A program made the position numbers and the translations under genes. Positions 14,128 through 14,330 of a stretch of DNA of 14,330 nucleotides are shown here, in pieces. The DNA comes from Elusimicrobiota bacterium. Its GTDB lineage: Bacteria > Elusimicrobiota > Elusimicrobia > Elusimicrobiales > UBA9959. The stretch's first letter is position 1. Each line of letters opens with the position of its first letter. The stretch lies in assembly GCA_037137395.1 (NCBI GenBank), contig JBAXKK010000067.1:1-14330 (forward strand). Direction: 5' to 3'. The notes beneath the pieces are model-generated. The model ran no database searches and had not been told where the DNA came from. It saw only the letters and a list, made by a program, of their open reading frames with translations.

Positions 14128-14330
14128 ATGGAACACAAAACCTTATTTGAAAAACAGCTGAAACTCAGGAAGATTTTTTCCGGCAAAGCCGTGAATTTCA
14201 GGGCCGATGTCATCCTCCTGCCGGACGGCAAAACTGCCACGCGAGAATTTCTGGACCACCCCGGCGCCGTGGCCGTCCTGCCGGTGCTCGAGAACGGAGA
14301 CATCGTGATGGTGCGCCAATACCGCTACCC
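14128..14330 (+). CDS. nudF: NUDIX hydrolase, ADP-ribose pyrophosphatase type, 5' part truncated by the window
   Basis: Manual translation: MEHKTLFEKQLKLRKIFSGKAVNFRADVILLPDGKTATREFLDHPGAVAVLPVLENGDIVMVRQYRY. The LPDG...RE...HPGAV..LP...IV.VRQYR pattern is the NudF N-terminus. The Nudix box lies beyond the window. Confidence 0.88.
   Translation, partial: MEHKTLFEKQLKLRKIFSGKAVNFRADVILLPDGKTATREFLDHPGAVAVLPVLENGDIVMVRQYRY

Noticed and set aside
13705..14303. Minus-strand ORFs 13705-14136 and 14115-14303
   Set aside because: The first is an Arg-rich alternative frame over dnaE; the second is antisense to the nudF-like gene.

Overview
A co-directional minus-strand housekeeping and cell-envelope gene run from a diderm bacterium. 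In transcription order it reads dnaE, a YjbH-like outer-membrane beta-barrel, a phosphofructokinase with a PPi-type signature, a 2TM-HAMP protein, TolC, an exported patatin, an exported TPR protein, dapF, dapA, and a polar amino-acid ABC transporter (solute-binding protein, SBP-permease fusion, start of the ATPase). A NudF-type NUDIX hydrolase starts divergently at the right edge. No transposase, CRISPR array, tRNA or rRNA is visible. The unusual content is mostly non-coding or structural. (1) A ~165-nt structured leader before dapF has its own candidate promoter, mutually exclusive pairings and glycine-riboswitch-like motifs. (2) Nearly every spacer carries a different 7-8-nt tandem microrepeat, often as two inverted arrays, and one is translated as the signal-peptide n-region of the TPR protein. 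(3) A perfect 26-bp inverted repeat lies inside the ABC cluster. (4) Both solute-binding domains are circularly permuted. (5) A 31-bp divergent spacer suggests (near-)leaderless dnaE and nudF transcripts. All calls are by-eye motif recognition; no searches or folding programs were run.
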